Assembly: GCA_013239625.1 (NCBI GenBank)
Contig: MU053934.1
Location: 11,633,003 to 11,697,002, forward strand
DNA from: Lama guanicoe
Lineage: Eukaryota
Length of the DNA: 64,000 bases
Direction of reading: 5' to 3'
Shown here: positions 12,496 through 23,269 of the stretch, in pieces
Layout: every line of letters starts with the position of its first letter
Numbering within the stretch: the first letter of the stretch is position 1
Translations under genes and position numbers: made by a program
The notes under the pieces: model-generated
Database searches by the model: none
What the model saw: the letters and a program-made list of their open reading frames with translations, nothing else
What the model was told of the DNA's origin: nothing

Positions 12496-12932
12496 AGTGC
12501 CACGGGGTGACCGTCCCCTTGCTCTTTCCCCAGCCTGCTGACCTGGCCCGCCCTGCCGGCAACGCCCCGGACACGCGGTGCCCTCCGACCTCGGGCCTGC
12601 CCACGACTTGGTGCCTCTGGCCCGGCCACCCTGTTTCTATATATTTTTGGCCTCAAACCCCAGACCAGGGTTTGGAGGGCGACAGGGACGGCGTGCCTCT
12701 GCGGGTTTCCTTCTGCTTTGGAGAACGTGTGCTTGGTTTGTCTTATTCCTGCCCCTGTCAGGGTGGGGGAGGGCAGGGGAGGGTCCGCGTGCTCCCCCAG
12801 TGTCCCCTTCAACTTGCCTCTCCCCCGGCCTTGGCTGCGGGCAGCGGTGGGAGGATGTGCGTGGCCAGGGCAGGCGGTGGGCGAGGCTGGCAGGGAGCCA
12901 GCTCTTCGGGCCACTCTCCTGGGTCCCCGCTG

Positions 12933-13516
12933 AGTGAGGGTTCGCTGCCATGTGCCACCCTCTCAGGGCTGCAGGGCACCCAGGGGTCCGGCTAAGCCTT
13001 GTCCTGGGGGTGCCTGTAGCTGTGCCCCCGAGATCAGCATCTGGGGACTGAGAAAAGCAGGTGCTGCCCCAGCGGAGGGGAGGGGTGGCAGGGCTCGCCC
13101 GACCCACTGACGGTCTGGACAGGACAGAGAGCGGGAGGAGGGAGCGCTCGCCCCGGCCGAGCGCGTGAGCTGGGACAGGGGCCCCCCGCCCGTGGGCTGG
13201 GGCTCGCGCCCCTGGCCGCGCAGGGTGTCCCGCCTGACGGGGGCAGGCAGGGGACTTCTCAGCCTCCACGGTTGTTTGAGCCAGTTCCTGTAACAGACTT
13301 CTCTGCACAGACGTGTGTCTGTGTCTGTTTCCCTGTCCGTCTCTGTGTCTGCAGTGCGTCTGTGTCCATGCCTGTACCTATGACGTATCTGTCTCTGTGT
13401 GTAACTGCAACTGTATCTGCGTCTTTGTATGTAGCTGTGTCTGTATCTGTAACTGTGTCTGTATCTACATCTGCACCCCACTGTTTCTCTTTCTCCCGAG
13501 GACCCTGACTAATGCA
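12933..13516 (+). mobile_element. ERVL solo LTR, MLT2-like, strongly GC-shifted
   Basis: gagatcagcat...gactgagaaaagcag...gagctgggaca...gggacttctcagcctcca...gagccagttcct...gaggaccctgactaatgca follows MLT2 layout and 3' terminus. Confidence 0.8.
13313..13474. repeat. Degenerate (TGTCTG/TGTATC)n simple repeat inside MLT2
   Basis: Directly visible hexamer periodicity. Confidence 0.85.
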
Positions 13517-14907
13517 GGCGACATCCTGGGGTGCCCCAGGCCTGGAGCCTGCGAGACCCCTCCTTCCACAGCCACGTCTTGGAGCAAGCGTTGCCCACAC
13601 CCCGGCCCCGTCTAGCCCAGGCGCAGCTTGCCCCGGCGGTCACGGAGGGCGGGAGCTAGTGCCCCCAGTGGCGGTTCTTCCAGACTCTTCTCTCCAGCTG
13701 ATTACTACTCAGTGCCTGCAAATTCAGAGGACTTGTATGAATTTTAAAACCTGTGACGGATTCGCTTCTTAATGTTCTTACGATTGTAGGACTCAGGCAA
13801 AGCCACTTTCACGGTTCTCCGACTAAACGCATCTGAGAGAAGAGGAAGGCCAGCCAGGGGCTCTTGAGATGCTGCTGTTTGACCTGTGGCTGCTCATGAA
13901 TGGTTACACTAAGGTGTCACCTTTATTAGCATTATCTGAAGATGTGACTAAATGTTGGCTTCAATGAGGAGCAGGTGAGGGCAGTGACGAGGCGGGCATC
14001 ACACCATCCATATGAAGATGCAGCAACCCTTGATGAAGGGAGTGGAGATCGGCCGCTCAAGGAGAAACAGCATCAGACCCCGTGAGTCCCCACCGTTCTG
14101 CAGCGACGCTCTGGTTTTCCCCACCCGTCCCAGCCTGCGGCAACGTTGAGTGGGATTCGGCGATTAACAGTTCCCGTATTCTGCTTGCTTGTTCGCGTGC
14201 CTGCTTCTCAGCTCTCTTTGGCTGTGTGTCCCCCAGCCCACAGCAGCGTCCTCCACCCTCGCACAGGCCTGGGGGCACCAGCCTGGTGTCTCCAATTCTA
14301 CGTCAGTTGCACCTGCTGAGCTGGAGATGCTCCCTGGGCTCCCCAGCCCCGTGCCGGTCCCGCCAGAGCCACTCGGAAGGAAAGCAGCTGGCGGCCTCGG
14401 CCAAGCCCTGACGTGCTGACTCCCGAGGCAGGACTCAGGGTTCTTGCCTGGTGACCACGTGGAACGATGGCAGGGGCGAAAAGCCTCTCCTTCCTCCTAG
14501 CTTTCCTTCTGATGCTGACACACGTCCTCAGCTCACTGGCGGCTGTGCTGACTTCATCCTCGGCCTCCTTATCGCCCTGTGTCTGGCCCACCGTTTCTAC
14601 ATGGCGACTCAGCTCTCCAGATGACGTGACCTCAGTGCAGATGGGCCAGAGGGCACTGGAGCTTGGGGCAGAGTCCTGCGGCATCCCCGACCCGTGTGTC
14701 TGTGGGTGACGCAGCTGGGTGCTCCCAGAGGAAGAGGGGGGAGGGGAGGTCTCCTCCTCCCAGGACTCTTTACGTCTCGGATGCCAGGAGAGGATAAAGC
14801 AGACCCCAGCCCTTAGGGAGGAAGGAGGGTGGACAGGGCCTGCAGGGAGGCCAGCCAAGCAACTTTCTGGAAAAGCCCCTCTTACCAGCCAAGCCAGAGG
14901 CTGGATC

Positions 14908-15105
14908 TGTATGTTGTCCATTTCCTGGGGCTGTTGGAACAAAGCCTCACAGTCTGGGAAGCTGAAATGACAGAAATGTATTCTCTCCTGGCCCTGGTGA
15001 CCTCATTTTACCCCAGCCTCCCCTTTAAAGACCCTGTCTCCAAATACAGCCACATTCTGAGGAGCTGGAGGCTGGGACCCCGGCACACAAAGGTGGGGGT
15101 GCCAG
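14908..15105 (-). mobile_element. MLT1B/C LTR with internal deletion
   Basis: tttcctggggctgttggaacaaag...cagaaatgtattctctc joined directly to gacctcattt...aaagaccctgtctccaaatacagccacattctgagg. Confidence 0.75.
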
Positions 15106-16282
15106 GATGACACAGGAGGTGCGGGGGCCTCTAGGAGGTCCTTGCAGACTCAAGATGGTACACAGCACAGACGGGGCCTGCCGGATCTCCAGGGAGCCAG
15201 GCTCTGCCGTGTCTGCCCCTCCCTCCCCAGCAGACCTCCCTCCATCACACACAGACACTGCTGGGCCCCTCCCGTGGTGCCCAGCCCCCAGCCAGACACC
15301 ACCATGACTCCCCGGGGCTTGCTCGGGCCACCTTGCCATCCAGCTCTGCTGGGGGCTCTCGGGAGCCTGCCCGGGGAGGTTCTCCCTGCACATTCCCTTT
15401 CCTGGGGTGCCCCCACCCCTGACCTGCGAGCTCAGCCCTGTCCCCTGGGGAGGTGATGCTCAGGCCCTGAGGACAGTGAGGACTCAGGGGGCAGCAGGGC
15501 CTGTCCTTTCTGAGCAGGTGTCACCAACAAATCACAGTTTCACCTTCATTTTGCCCACAGGGCGGGGGCCGGTCCCACGGAGGCCCCAGGTCACCTCAGT
15601 GACTGGGCTGCGCTTTCTGCCGCCCCTAAGGCAGTCGCCGCAGGGTACGAAATTGGGGAGAAGGGAGAAGGGAAATAAGAACAAGCTCAGACCCTTGAGC
15701 CCACCCCCAGCAGCCGCCTCCAGATGGGGCTTCCGAGGAAGCCTGCAGGAAGCTTCTGGAACCTCCCCGCCCAGCCCCCCCACCCCCGTGGTTCCCTCTC
15801 CAGTAGGAGGGGGACACAGAGGGCACTGGTTTCTGATGCTGCCAACACATCCCCAACATTCAGCTGCTGGACACAGGCTTCTCCATCGTCTCGATGTTCA
15901 GGTCACGAGTCTGGCAGCCATGGTGGCTTCTCCGCTCGGCCCCACAAAGCAGAGATCCAGGTGTCGGGGCTGGGTCCTTGTCCGGAGGCACCCAGACCCA
16001 CACTCACTCGGGTTCTTGGCAGAATCCAGCTCCTGCGGCAGTAGCTGGGCTCCTGGGGGCCACCTGGTCCACTCCGTCCACCCAGCAGCAATGGTCCCTC
16101 ACCCCCTCCCTCTCTGAGTCTCTGGAACTTCATCTTCCATCAACACGGGAAACACTCTGCTTCAGGAGTGCTCGTGCTCAGCAAGGGGTGGCCCTGTGGC
16201 AACAGTGCAGACTCACCGAGGCCCCCCAGGGGGCGGGCACCCGGAGCCCTGGCCCCGCCTTCCCGGGCCTCGGGGCGGGAGG

Positions 16283-16500
16283 TGTGATGTTAATTTCACG
16301 TGTCAGCTTAACAGGGCCTCAGGGTGCCTGGGTGTCTGGGTGCGTCTGGGAGGCATCTCTGGCTGTGGCTAACGCTAGAATCATGGACTTAGCGAAGTGG
16401 AGGCCCTCCCCAGTGTGGGGGCCCCGCTCAGCCCACTGAGGGCTGAACAGAGCCAATAGCCAGACCCTCTCCCAGAGCACTGCCTGCCCTGCTCCCTGGG
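16283..16500 (+). mobile_element. MLT2 LTR 5' portion
   Basis: tgtgatgttaatttcacgtgtcagctt...ccctccccagtgtgggg...cactgagggctgaacaga. Confidence 0.75.
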
Positions 16501-16929
16501 ACCTTTGACTCAAGCTCCCTTTTCCTCCCCCGAAGGAGGGCCGCAGGTGCAATCTTCACCAACCTGGGGGACATGAGACAGGACCGGGGGCTCTGGGAGG
16601 GAACGCCCAGGGTCTTGTGCCGACATCTGTCTGTCTTGCCTTCAAGACAAGCAAGAGAGGCCAGGGAGGTCCAGGGCCTGGGAAAGTCTAGGAGAAGCTC
16701 GCTGAGTCGCTGACACCTGCTGTGGGCACGGTGCCCCAAGCCCCAGGGAGGAGAAGGGGTCGTGGCCTGGACCGGAGCACCCCCTCCCTCCCGGCAGCCC
16801 GCCCTGGGGCAGACAGGCCTGGGCTGGAGCTGCTGGCATCTCAGAGCCCCTTGGATGCTGCGGAGACCATGACATCACCAGTCACGCCCTGGGCTCGGCT
16901 GGGCTCTTCCCAGCCTCTGTGTGACGACT

Positions 16930-18300
16930 CTGTTCTGCTTTGTGAAGACTCTGCTGATTGGATTGAAGGTGCTCTCTGTCTCAGAAGTAAATTTAATCAA
17001 CTGTCTCCTTCCTTCATGTTATTCAGGTTTGCAAAACGATCTCTCCAACTCGCATCCTCCATTTTCTATGAATTGAAAATTACTACAATTTCACCTCTGA
17101 AAGGGGTCTCCTGTCTAATCTAGGAGAAACCTCAGTAAAAATTGCGTATAAGTCGGATAACTGTAGCCTATACGCGTGTCTGGTGTGTGTACGTATGTGT
17201 ATTTCTGCACACCAGGAATGACTCCATTTTGTAAGAAAAATGCCACTTTTCCCCTGATTCTTTCACAGAATGCCCCATCAGCCCCTTCCAGCGATGGTCA
17301 CTGGTCACCTCCCAGGACCTGGAGTGGAGTCGGGGATGTCCTTGCTCTGGGGATGGGAGTCCAAGACCCTCCTGGGTGCCCACAGGTCCCGAGCACGGAA
17401 GAGTCACTGCCCTGCTGAAGGTGTGGAGGAGGATAAAAATAGAACGGCCTCCTCGGGCCGGGGCGCTGACAGCCACATTACGCCCAGATTGGAATGGTCG
17501 CGGGCGCCATCCCCAAATTAGCCCATTTTTTACAAAGACGATAATGGAGGCCGAGGCCGCGTTCCAGTCCACTTCTGCGTCTGTCCTGAAATAGCTGTCT
17601 GCTGGTCATCGCTTCTGCATTAATGTTTCCATCCCGATTCAATTACATCGCGCGTATTTCTGGGCCGCTGGTTTATCATGTAAGAATGTAATTTAAAAGT
17701 GATCTGCACCTCACATCCAATATCTAGGGGAAAAATTAAGTAAAAAGTAATGAATGCCACCCATCTCCCCACAGCCACACGTTAACACACTTGGCCCTTT
17801 AAATTCTTTATTGAGAGCGCGGAGATGAGGCCCAGCAGCGGCGGCCGGGGAACGTCACCGTTAATGGGGCTGTGCTCAGATTATTCAGCGAGACCCGCCA
17901 TTAAGAGACCCACGCTGCTTGTTAAGTGCAGCTGGGGTTATTTGGCCCTGTGATCTGTGATCATGCATCAATATTTTAAATGCATTTTCAATTTGGGATG
18001 TGTTTTAAAGCAACTCACGATTGGTAGACAAGTGTAAATCAGAGTATTAAATTAATCACGTAATGAGTATGGTGGTGACACCGTTGAGTTTATTTTCCTT
18101 TATTTTAATGTGGTTAGCGGACCCTGCACTTTTGAAATGAATTAAAAGCTCTGTATTTAAGACACGGTGACTCCAAATTAAGCTCCAATGGCCTATCCAT
18201 CTGCAATTCCCATCTGAGACGTCTTTCCACCAGCGTGTGGCCATGAGGGGACAAACCGTGTTTAGGATCCTCGTCACATCTTAGCTCTGGGCTAGGTCTC
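16930..18300. promoter_or_regulatory. Large candidate enhancer / cluster of conserved non-coding elements
   Basis: Longest non-repeat AT-rich tract; ATTAATCA PBX-HOX (18051), TGACAG (17467), TGATTGG (16955), many TAAT/ATTA cores, CpGs retained. Confidence 0.45.
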
Positions 18301-21300
18301 GTCAATCATAGGGCAACAGACGCTGCCCCATGAAGGCGTCGCTCCAAAGCAAGGCCTTGGACAGTCGAAGCCCCAAGGCCCCCATACCAGGATAAGAGGT
18401 AGCCAGATGCGGGGGGGCCTTGACCTACTCGTCCACTTGCCAAAGCAGTGAGCGATGCTGGGGGAGCCTCCCTGGTGGCCTGGCGGGAAGCCTGCACCGC
18501 TGCTCAAGGGGCTGGGCTGGCGAGGCCGTGAGAACACGGCGGGGCATCAGCACCAAGGCCAGCTCCACAGCCCTGGTCCTGGTCCTCTTTTCTGTTTTGG
18601 GTGCTGATCACCTTGAACTTCAGGCCTCCATGGATTACAGCCTCCAGACAAAATGAGGGGTCCTGGGGCTGTTCTGTCTGAGGTGGAGAGGGACTCTTCC
18701 CTCCCCCTTCTCATCCTCCTGAATGCCTCCATGGACTTTCGTGCTGCTGCCTCAGAGAGGGTGGGCCTGGGCCCCTCGGGTGGTGGGGGCGTGGAGGGGC
18801 CCAGACACCCCCAGGGAGGGCACCCACAGGCCCCTAACCCCAGTGGCAGCTTCAGGGCCCACATCACGATGCTCTTCCCCTGAGATGCTGGCCTCCTGAG
18901 ATGAAGGCCCGCACTTCCCAGCACTGAGGGCAGGAGCTGGATCTTTCAGCTGCCAGGCAGAGCCCCCAGGTGATCTCCAACCAAAGGCCGCTGTGGCCCG
19001 CCAGGACAGGTGGGCACCTCAGGCCGGGGCCGCAGGGACCACCAGCCTGCCCTCCCCTCAAGGCTGCACTCTGCTTCCAGCCTCTGCATCCCTCTCTGTG
19101 GCCCCCTCCTCTTGGCCAGGGCCATCCTCCCAAGTGCAGACCTGTCGCGTGCCTCCTGTCCCGTGAGCAGAGCTCGTGGCTGGCTGCCTGGCTTCTGGGC
19201 GGAGATGAGAACTGGCCGCTGATGACGAGGCCTGCAGGACCCACGTGTCCCTGCCCAGCCGTGCCTTCCTACCCCCGCGGCCTGACTGCAGCCACTCCAG
19301 CTCCTCGCCAGCACTGAGCTGACTGACTGTGGCTGTCGGCCTGGAGCCCGCAGGAGCCCCGTCCCTTCTCTCTGAAGGCCTTGCCCAAGCTGCTGGCTTT
19401 CCTGCGGTCAGCCCCAGTGCTCCAGCCCTGACCTGGGCATCCCTCCTCAGAGCCGTCCACCTCCCTCGCCCACTGGCCAAGCCCAGTCACTTCGCGGAAA
19501 GCTGTGTGCCCGTCTGTAACTGCAGGGCGTCACTGCAGTGTGTCTGTCATGGCCCATGTGCCCCGGGCTGTGAGGTCCCAGGGCAGGGGCTCTGCCCTCA
19601 CGGCCCACTGTCACCCTGATGCCCAGCCCCCAGCCCGGCACGCAGGGGGACCCAACGGCATGGAAGAAAGGGAGGGCGGGGCAGAGGGAGGGAGGGGTAG
19701 CCGGTGGATGGGTGGATGATCGGATGAGTGAACTCCGCGCCGTTGTCGGAGGAGCTCCCGTCAGGCGCGGGCTGCTGTGCTGCTGGCTGAGAGCTCAGTG
19801 CTGCGGCGTCGACAGTCAGTTCTGGACGAGGTGTCTTGCGTGACGGAGGTGGTGCAGACGCTGCGAGGGGAGGCTCCTGGAACCCAGCCCGGCGTTCTCC
19901 CAGGAGCAGCGGCTCAGCGGTCCTGACTCAGCGTCAGGTCGGCCACCTGGAGGGAAGGGCTGTGGGCGGAGAATCCGCAGTTTCCCCTCCCCAGGCCCCT
20001 CCCCGCCGGTGGCGTCTGTGATCAGACCAGAGGTGGACTCAGAGCTGCCGGCCCACCGCGCCCCATCCTCACACACCCGGGAGTCCTGTCCAGGCCTCAG
20101 GTCCTGCAGACCCACCCGACGGGCACTGGAGTGCGGCAAGCTGGAGGGTCAAGGGCCCAGTAGGGGTCCCACTGCAGCCGGCCCAGCCCCTCAGCCTGGG
20201 ACCAATCCCCGCGCTCAGAGGGGGGCTGTGAGAAGCCTGCTCTCCAAGCACATCCACAGAGATGGCTCACTCTGGGCGGCGCTGAGCAAGCCCTGCAGGT
20301 CGGGGGTGGACAGGGAGCCTTGAATCCCATCAGCAGAGTTGACCTGAGCCCGGGGGCCCCCTTGCAGGACCCCGCAGGCAGGCGGCTCTTCTCAGGGTCA
20401 CCGGCCTGCCTCGGGGCCTTCGGAGCCCACTGCTGCACTCGGGTGTGTGTCGGCTGCAAACAGGACCCTCTCCACATGGAAGCCGAGCCTCAAGGAAGAG
20501 CCACGGGAGGGAGGGGCTGTTCACCCGAGTTCTGTCTCATGGATACTCATCTCCTTATCTGCAGCTATGCCAGCACAGCCAGCGCAGTGCTACTCCTGCA
20601 GCAAAAGGTGTCGGGGGCAACTTCCCGAGGAGTGAGGGTGGGATCCAGAGCCAGCCACCAGCAGTCAGGCTCCCCGGCTGGAGCTGAGCCGGGGCTGTCG
20701 GGACTCCTGGGCCACCTACGTCCTCCCTCGGGGACCAGAGCTGAAGAGCAGATGGAGCCAGAAGCCCACCGTCCCCCTTGCTACCCAGCCCAGAATGTTC
20801 CACAGACCAGGACACAAAGGATGTGCACCCCCTGCCCCCCACCCCCACCCGGAGCGACCCCTCCCCCATGCGCCTGCTGAACCCTCGGTGGGGTGAGCCT
20901 TGCCTGAGCCTTTCTGGGGGTGGGAGGCAGCAAAGGCAGAAATCCTGACCCTTAAGAGGAGTCCCCCGATGTCCTGGCACGGGCACCCCTTCCCCTGCCT
21001 GCCCTCTTTGCTCTTTGATGGATTCTCACCTAGGGCTGCCTGGCTGTGCCCGGGCAGACCGTCATGAGTCCAGGGACCAGAAGTGGTTCTGCGTGCCTTG
21101 GGCGCCAGCACTGGGTACATCACAGCTGCCCAGGAAATGCCGCCTCCAGGCTCTGAATTGAACGGGTCACGGGTCGCACTTACTACAGGGCGTGGAGGTG
21201 AGGCATGCTGGCCGCCCGTCACGTGGAGAGATCCCACAGCTGCTCAAGGTCCCAGCAACCCCAAACAGGGAGGGGGCCCCGTGGTGACAGCACATCCCAG

Positions 21301-21479
21301 GGGTGGGTCAGCAGCGAGGCCCCGAGTGTACGTGAGCGTGTGCTTTGGTGGAAGGTCAGGAGGCTGGTCCAGCCCCGATCGGGGAGCGCGGACCTGCTGT
21401 GAGCACGCGCAGATGAGAACCCCGCCTCGGCAGCTGGGAGTGGGGCCGGCATGGGTTCTCTCCTGCTCGCCCGCATCAC

Positions 21480-21600
21480 CTTTGCCTGGCCTCCGTGGTC
21501 TTACCTGTGAAAGGGGGACCGTGACAGAACTTACTCTATAGAAGCACCAGAGGATTAAATAAAATGTTCCATGCAACCTCTGGGCATAAACCAAGCCACG
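21480..21600 (+). mobile_element. MIR fragment
   Basis: ggcctccgtggtcttacctgtgaaaggggga...cttactctatag...gaggattaaataaaatg. Confidence 0.45.
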
Positions 21601-21667
21601 TACCTCACCAGCGTAGGGCATGCACAAGAGCTGAATAAATATGAGTGGATACTACCCAGGTCCCCAC

Positions 21668-22024
21668 TGTGTCACCGGCCCCCTCAGGCCGGGCGACAGG
21701 GCACCGCGGACCGGGTGGCTTCTCGCCAGGCACTGACTTCCTCGCGGCTCTGGAGGTCGACACCCAGGACCCCGGTGTCAGCGGGGCCTGTGTCTGTCGC
21801 CGGCTCACCCTCTGGGCTGCAGATGCCACCGTCTTGCTCTGTGGTCCCCTGCACGGACCCCCTGGTGCCTTCTTATAAGGACACTAATCCTGTTGGGTCA
21901 GGGCCCCACCTCTAGGATCTAATTTAACCCGGATTACATCCTTAGAGGCGCTGTCTCCACATAGTCACGCTGAGGGTCAGGCTGCAACGTACAACCATGG
22001 AAGGACGTGAGTTTTCAGCCCAGC
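21668..22024 (-). mobile_element. MLT1A/B solo LTR
   Basis: gggtggctt...ctctggagg...cttcttataaggacactaatcc...gggccccacc...atttaacc...gattacatc...tagtcac...ttcagccc. Confidence 0.75.
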
Positions 22025-22079
22025 TTCACCAAGGGCTGCCAACGCTCTGTGGCTTTGTGACGGAGGCGTGCTGATTAGA

Positions 22080-23085
22080 AAGGCAGGAGGGTGCTCCAAG
22101 GGTTCGGAATGAGAGAGAAAGCAGTGGTTGGGCAGCGGTCAGCAAGGGTTTCGTGGAGGCGGACCCAGGAGGAGGGTTAGAGGGCGTGGCGAGGGGTCAA
22201 GTTAGCCTGAGCAAGACGTGGACATGGCATCATGTCCAGTGACGGTGCGTCTGAAGGCAGAAGGGCCAGCGGGCAGGAGGGCATGTCCTCCCACCACCTG
22301 GCAACCCTGTGGCTGCAGACGGCAGCTCCAGTGTCACCCTGCTTGATGCCAGTGGCCTGGGAGAAAAGCCACCAGCCCCGCCCACCTTGAGCTTCTCTTT
22401 GGATGCAGCGCCTCCCAGCCACAGCAGCTTCGATGGCACGAAGTGGGTCCCCTGTGGCAGTGACACTGGGTCACCTGCTGGATGAAGAGATGGAGGTTCC
22501 CCTTGTGACACTGAGATGCCACCAACACTTGGGGTCTGTCACAGGTTTGTGGATAATAGATCCTATCACACATGAGGAGAATTCATAATGTGGAGATGAA
22601 NNNNNNNNNNNNNNNNNNNNNNNNNNNNNNNNNNNNNNNNNNNNNNNNNNNNNNNNNNNNNNNNNNNNNNNNNNNNNNNNNNNNNNNNNNNNNNNNNNNN
22701 NNNNNNNNNNNNNNNNNNNNNNNNNNNNNNNNNNNNNNNNNNNNNNNNNNNNNNNNNNNNNNNNNNNNNNNNNNNNNNNNNNNNNNNNNNNNNNNNNNNN
22801 NNNNNNNNNNNNCGAAGTCTGATCTAATCACGGTTGACTGAGAAAGAGAGAGTGTTCTCGGCTTAAACAGACATTGTTCTGACTATCTTTACTGGGCTGC
22901 CAAAAAAAGGGTTATGCTAATTAGGAACTTGAGGTTGCTGGATTCAGGAAGCAGGTACTCAGCAGTGCAACACTTCTCTGAGTCAGAAAAAAACCTGATG
23001 AATCTACTGTCTTACCAGCCTTGGGAAGGATGAAGCGCCACGTCGAAGAAGAGGGGATGGCAGAGAAGTTGCCTGAAAGTCTGGA
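22080..23085 (-). mobile_element. L2 LINE remnant spanning an assembly gap
   Basis: gatggaggttcc...cactgagatg...aacact...caggtttgtgg...agatc...tggagatg and ttaggaacttgaggttgctgg match the reverse-strand L2 body in correct order; ggtcagcaagggtttcgtggagg matches the L2 3' region. Confidence 0.65.
22601..22812. other. Assembly gap (212 N)
   Basis: Run of N. Confidence 1.
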
Positions 23086-23269
23086 TTTGATGCTGATAAG
23101 TGTTCAGGAAGGAGTGGACTCCCGCTCACGGATCTGAGAGGTTTGACTCAACAGAGTATTGCAGGGTGTTGGCGGCAGCCCCACGTTTCCTGTGCGTCTG
23201 AGGGGGGGACGCCAGGGGACCGAGGGGAGGTGCACGCAGGTGGTGGGCCTCAGCCTGGACTCGGGACCC

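Noticed and set aside
12963-13615. ORFs with RYRH, DTDT or CVCI repeats
   Set aside because: Translations of the simple repeat inside MLT2
22880-22925. Ankyrin-like LYWAAKKGY
   Set aside because: Needs a frameshift, single isolated motif, lies inside the L2 remnant
22021-23115. Endogenous bornavirus-like element: scattered peptide resemblance to nucleoprotein (YWAAKK..AGFR..LGRMKR) or glycoprotein (EEMEVPL..DPITH..DYLYWAA)
   Set aside because: Two unrelated viral proteins fit equally weakly and need several frameshifts or gaps; at nucleotide level the region follows the reverse L2 consensus in order. tBLASTn versus Bornaviridae and nhmmer versus L2 would settle it.
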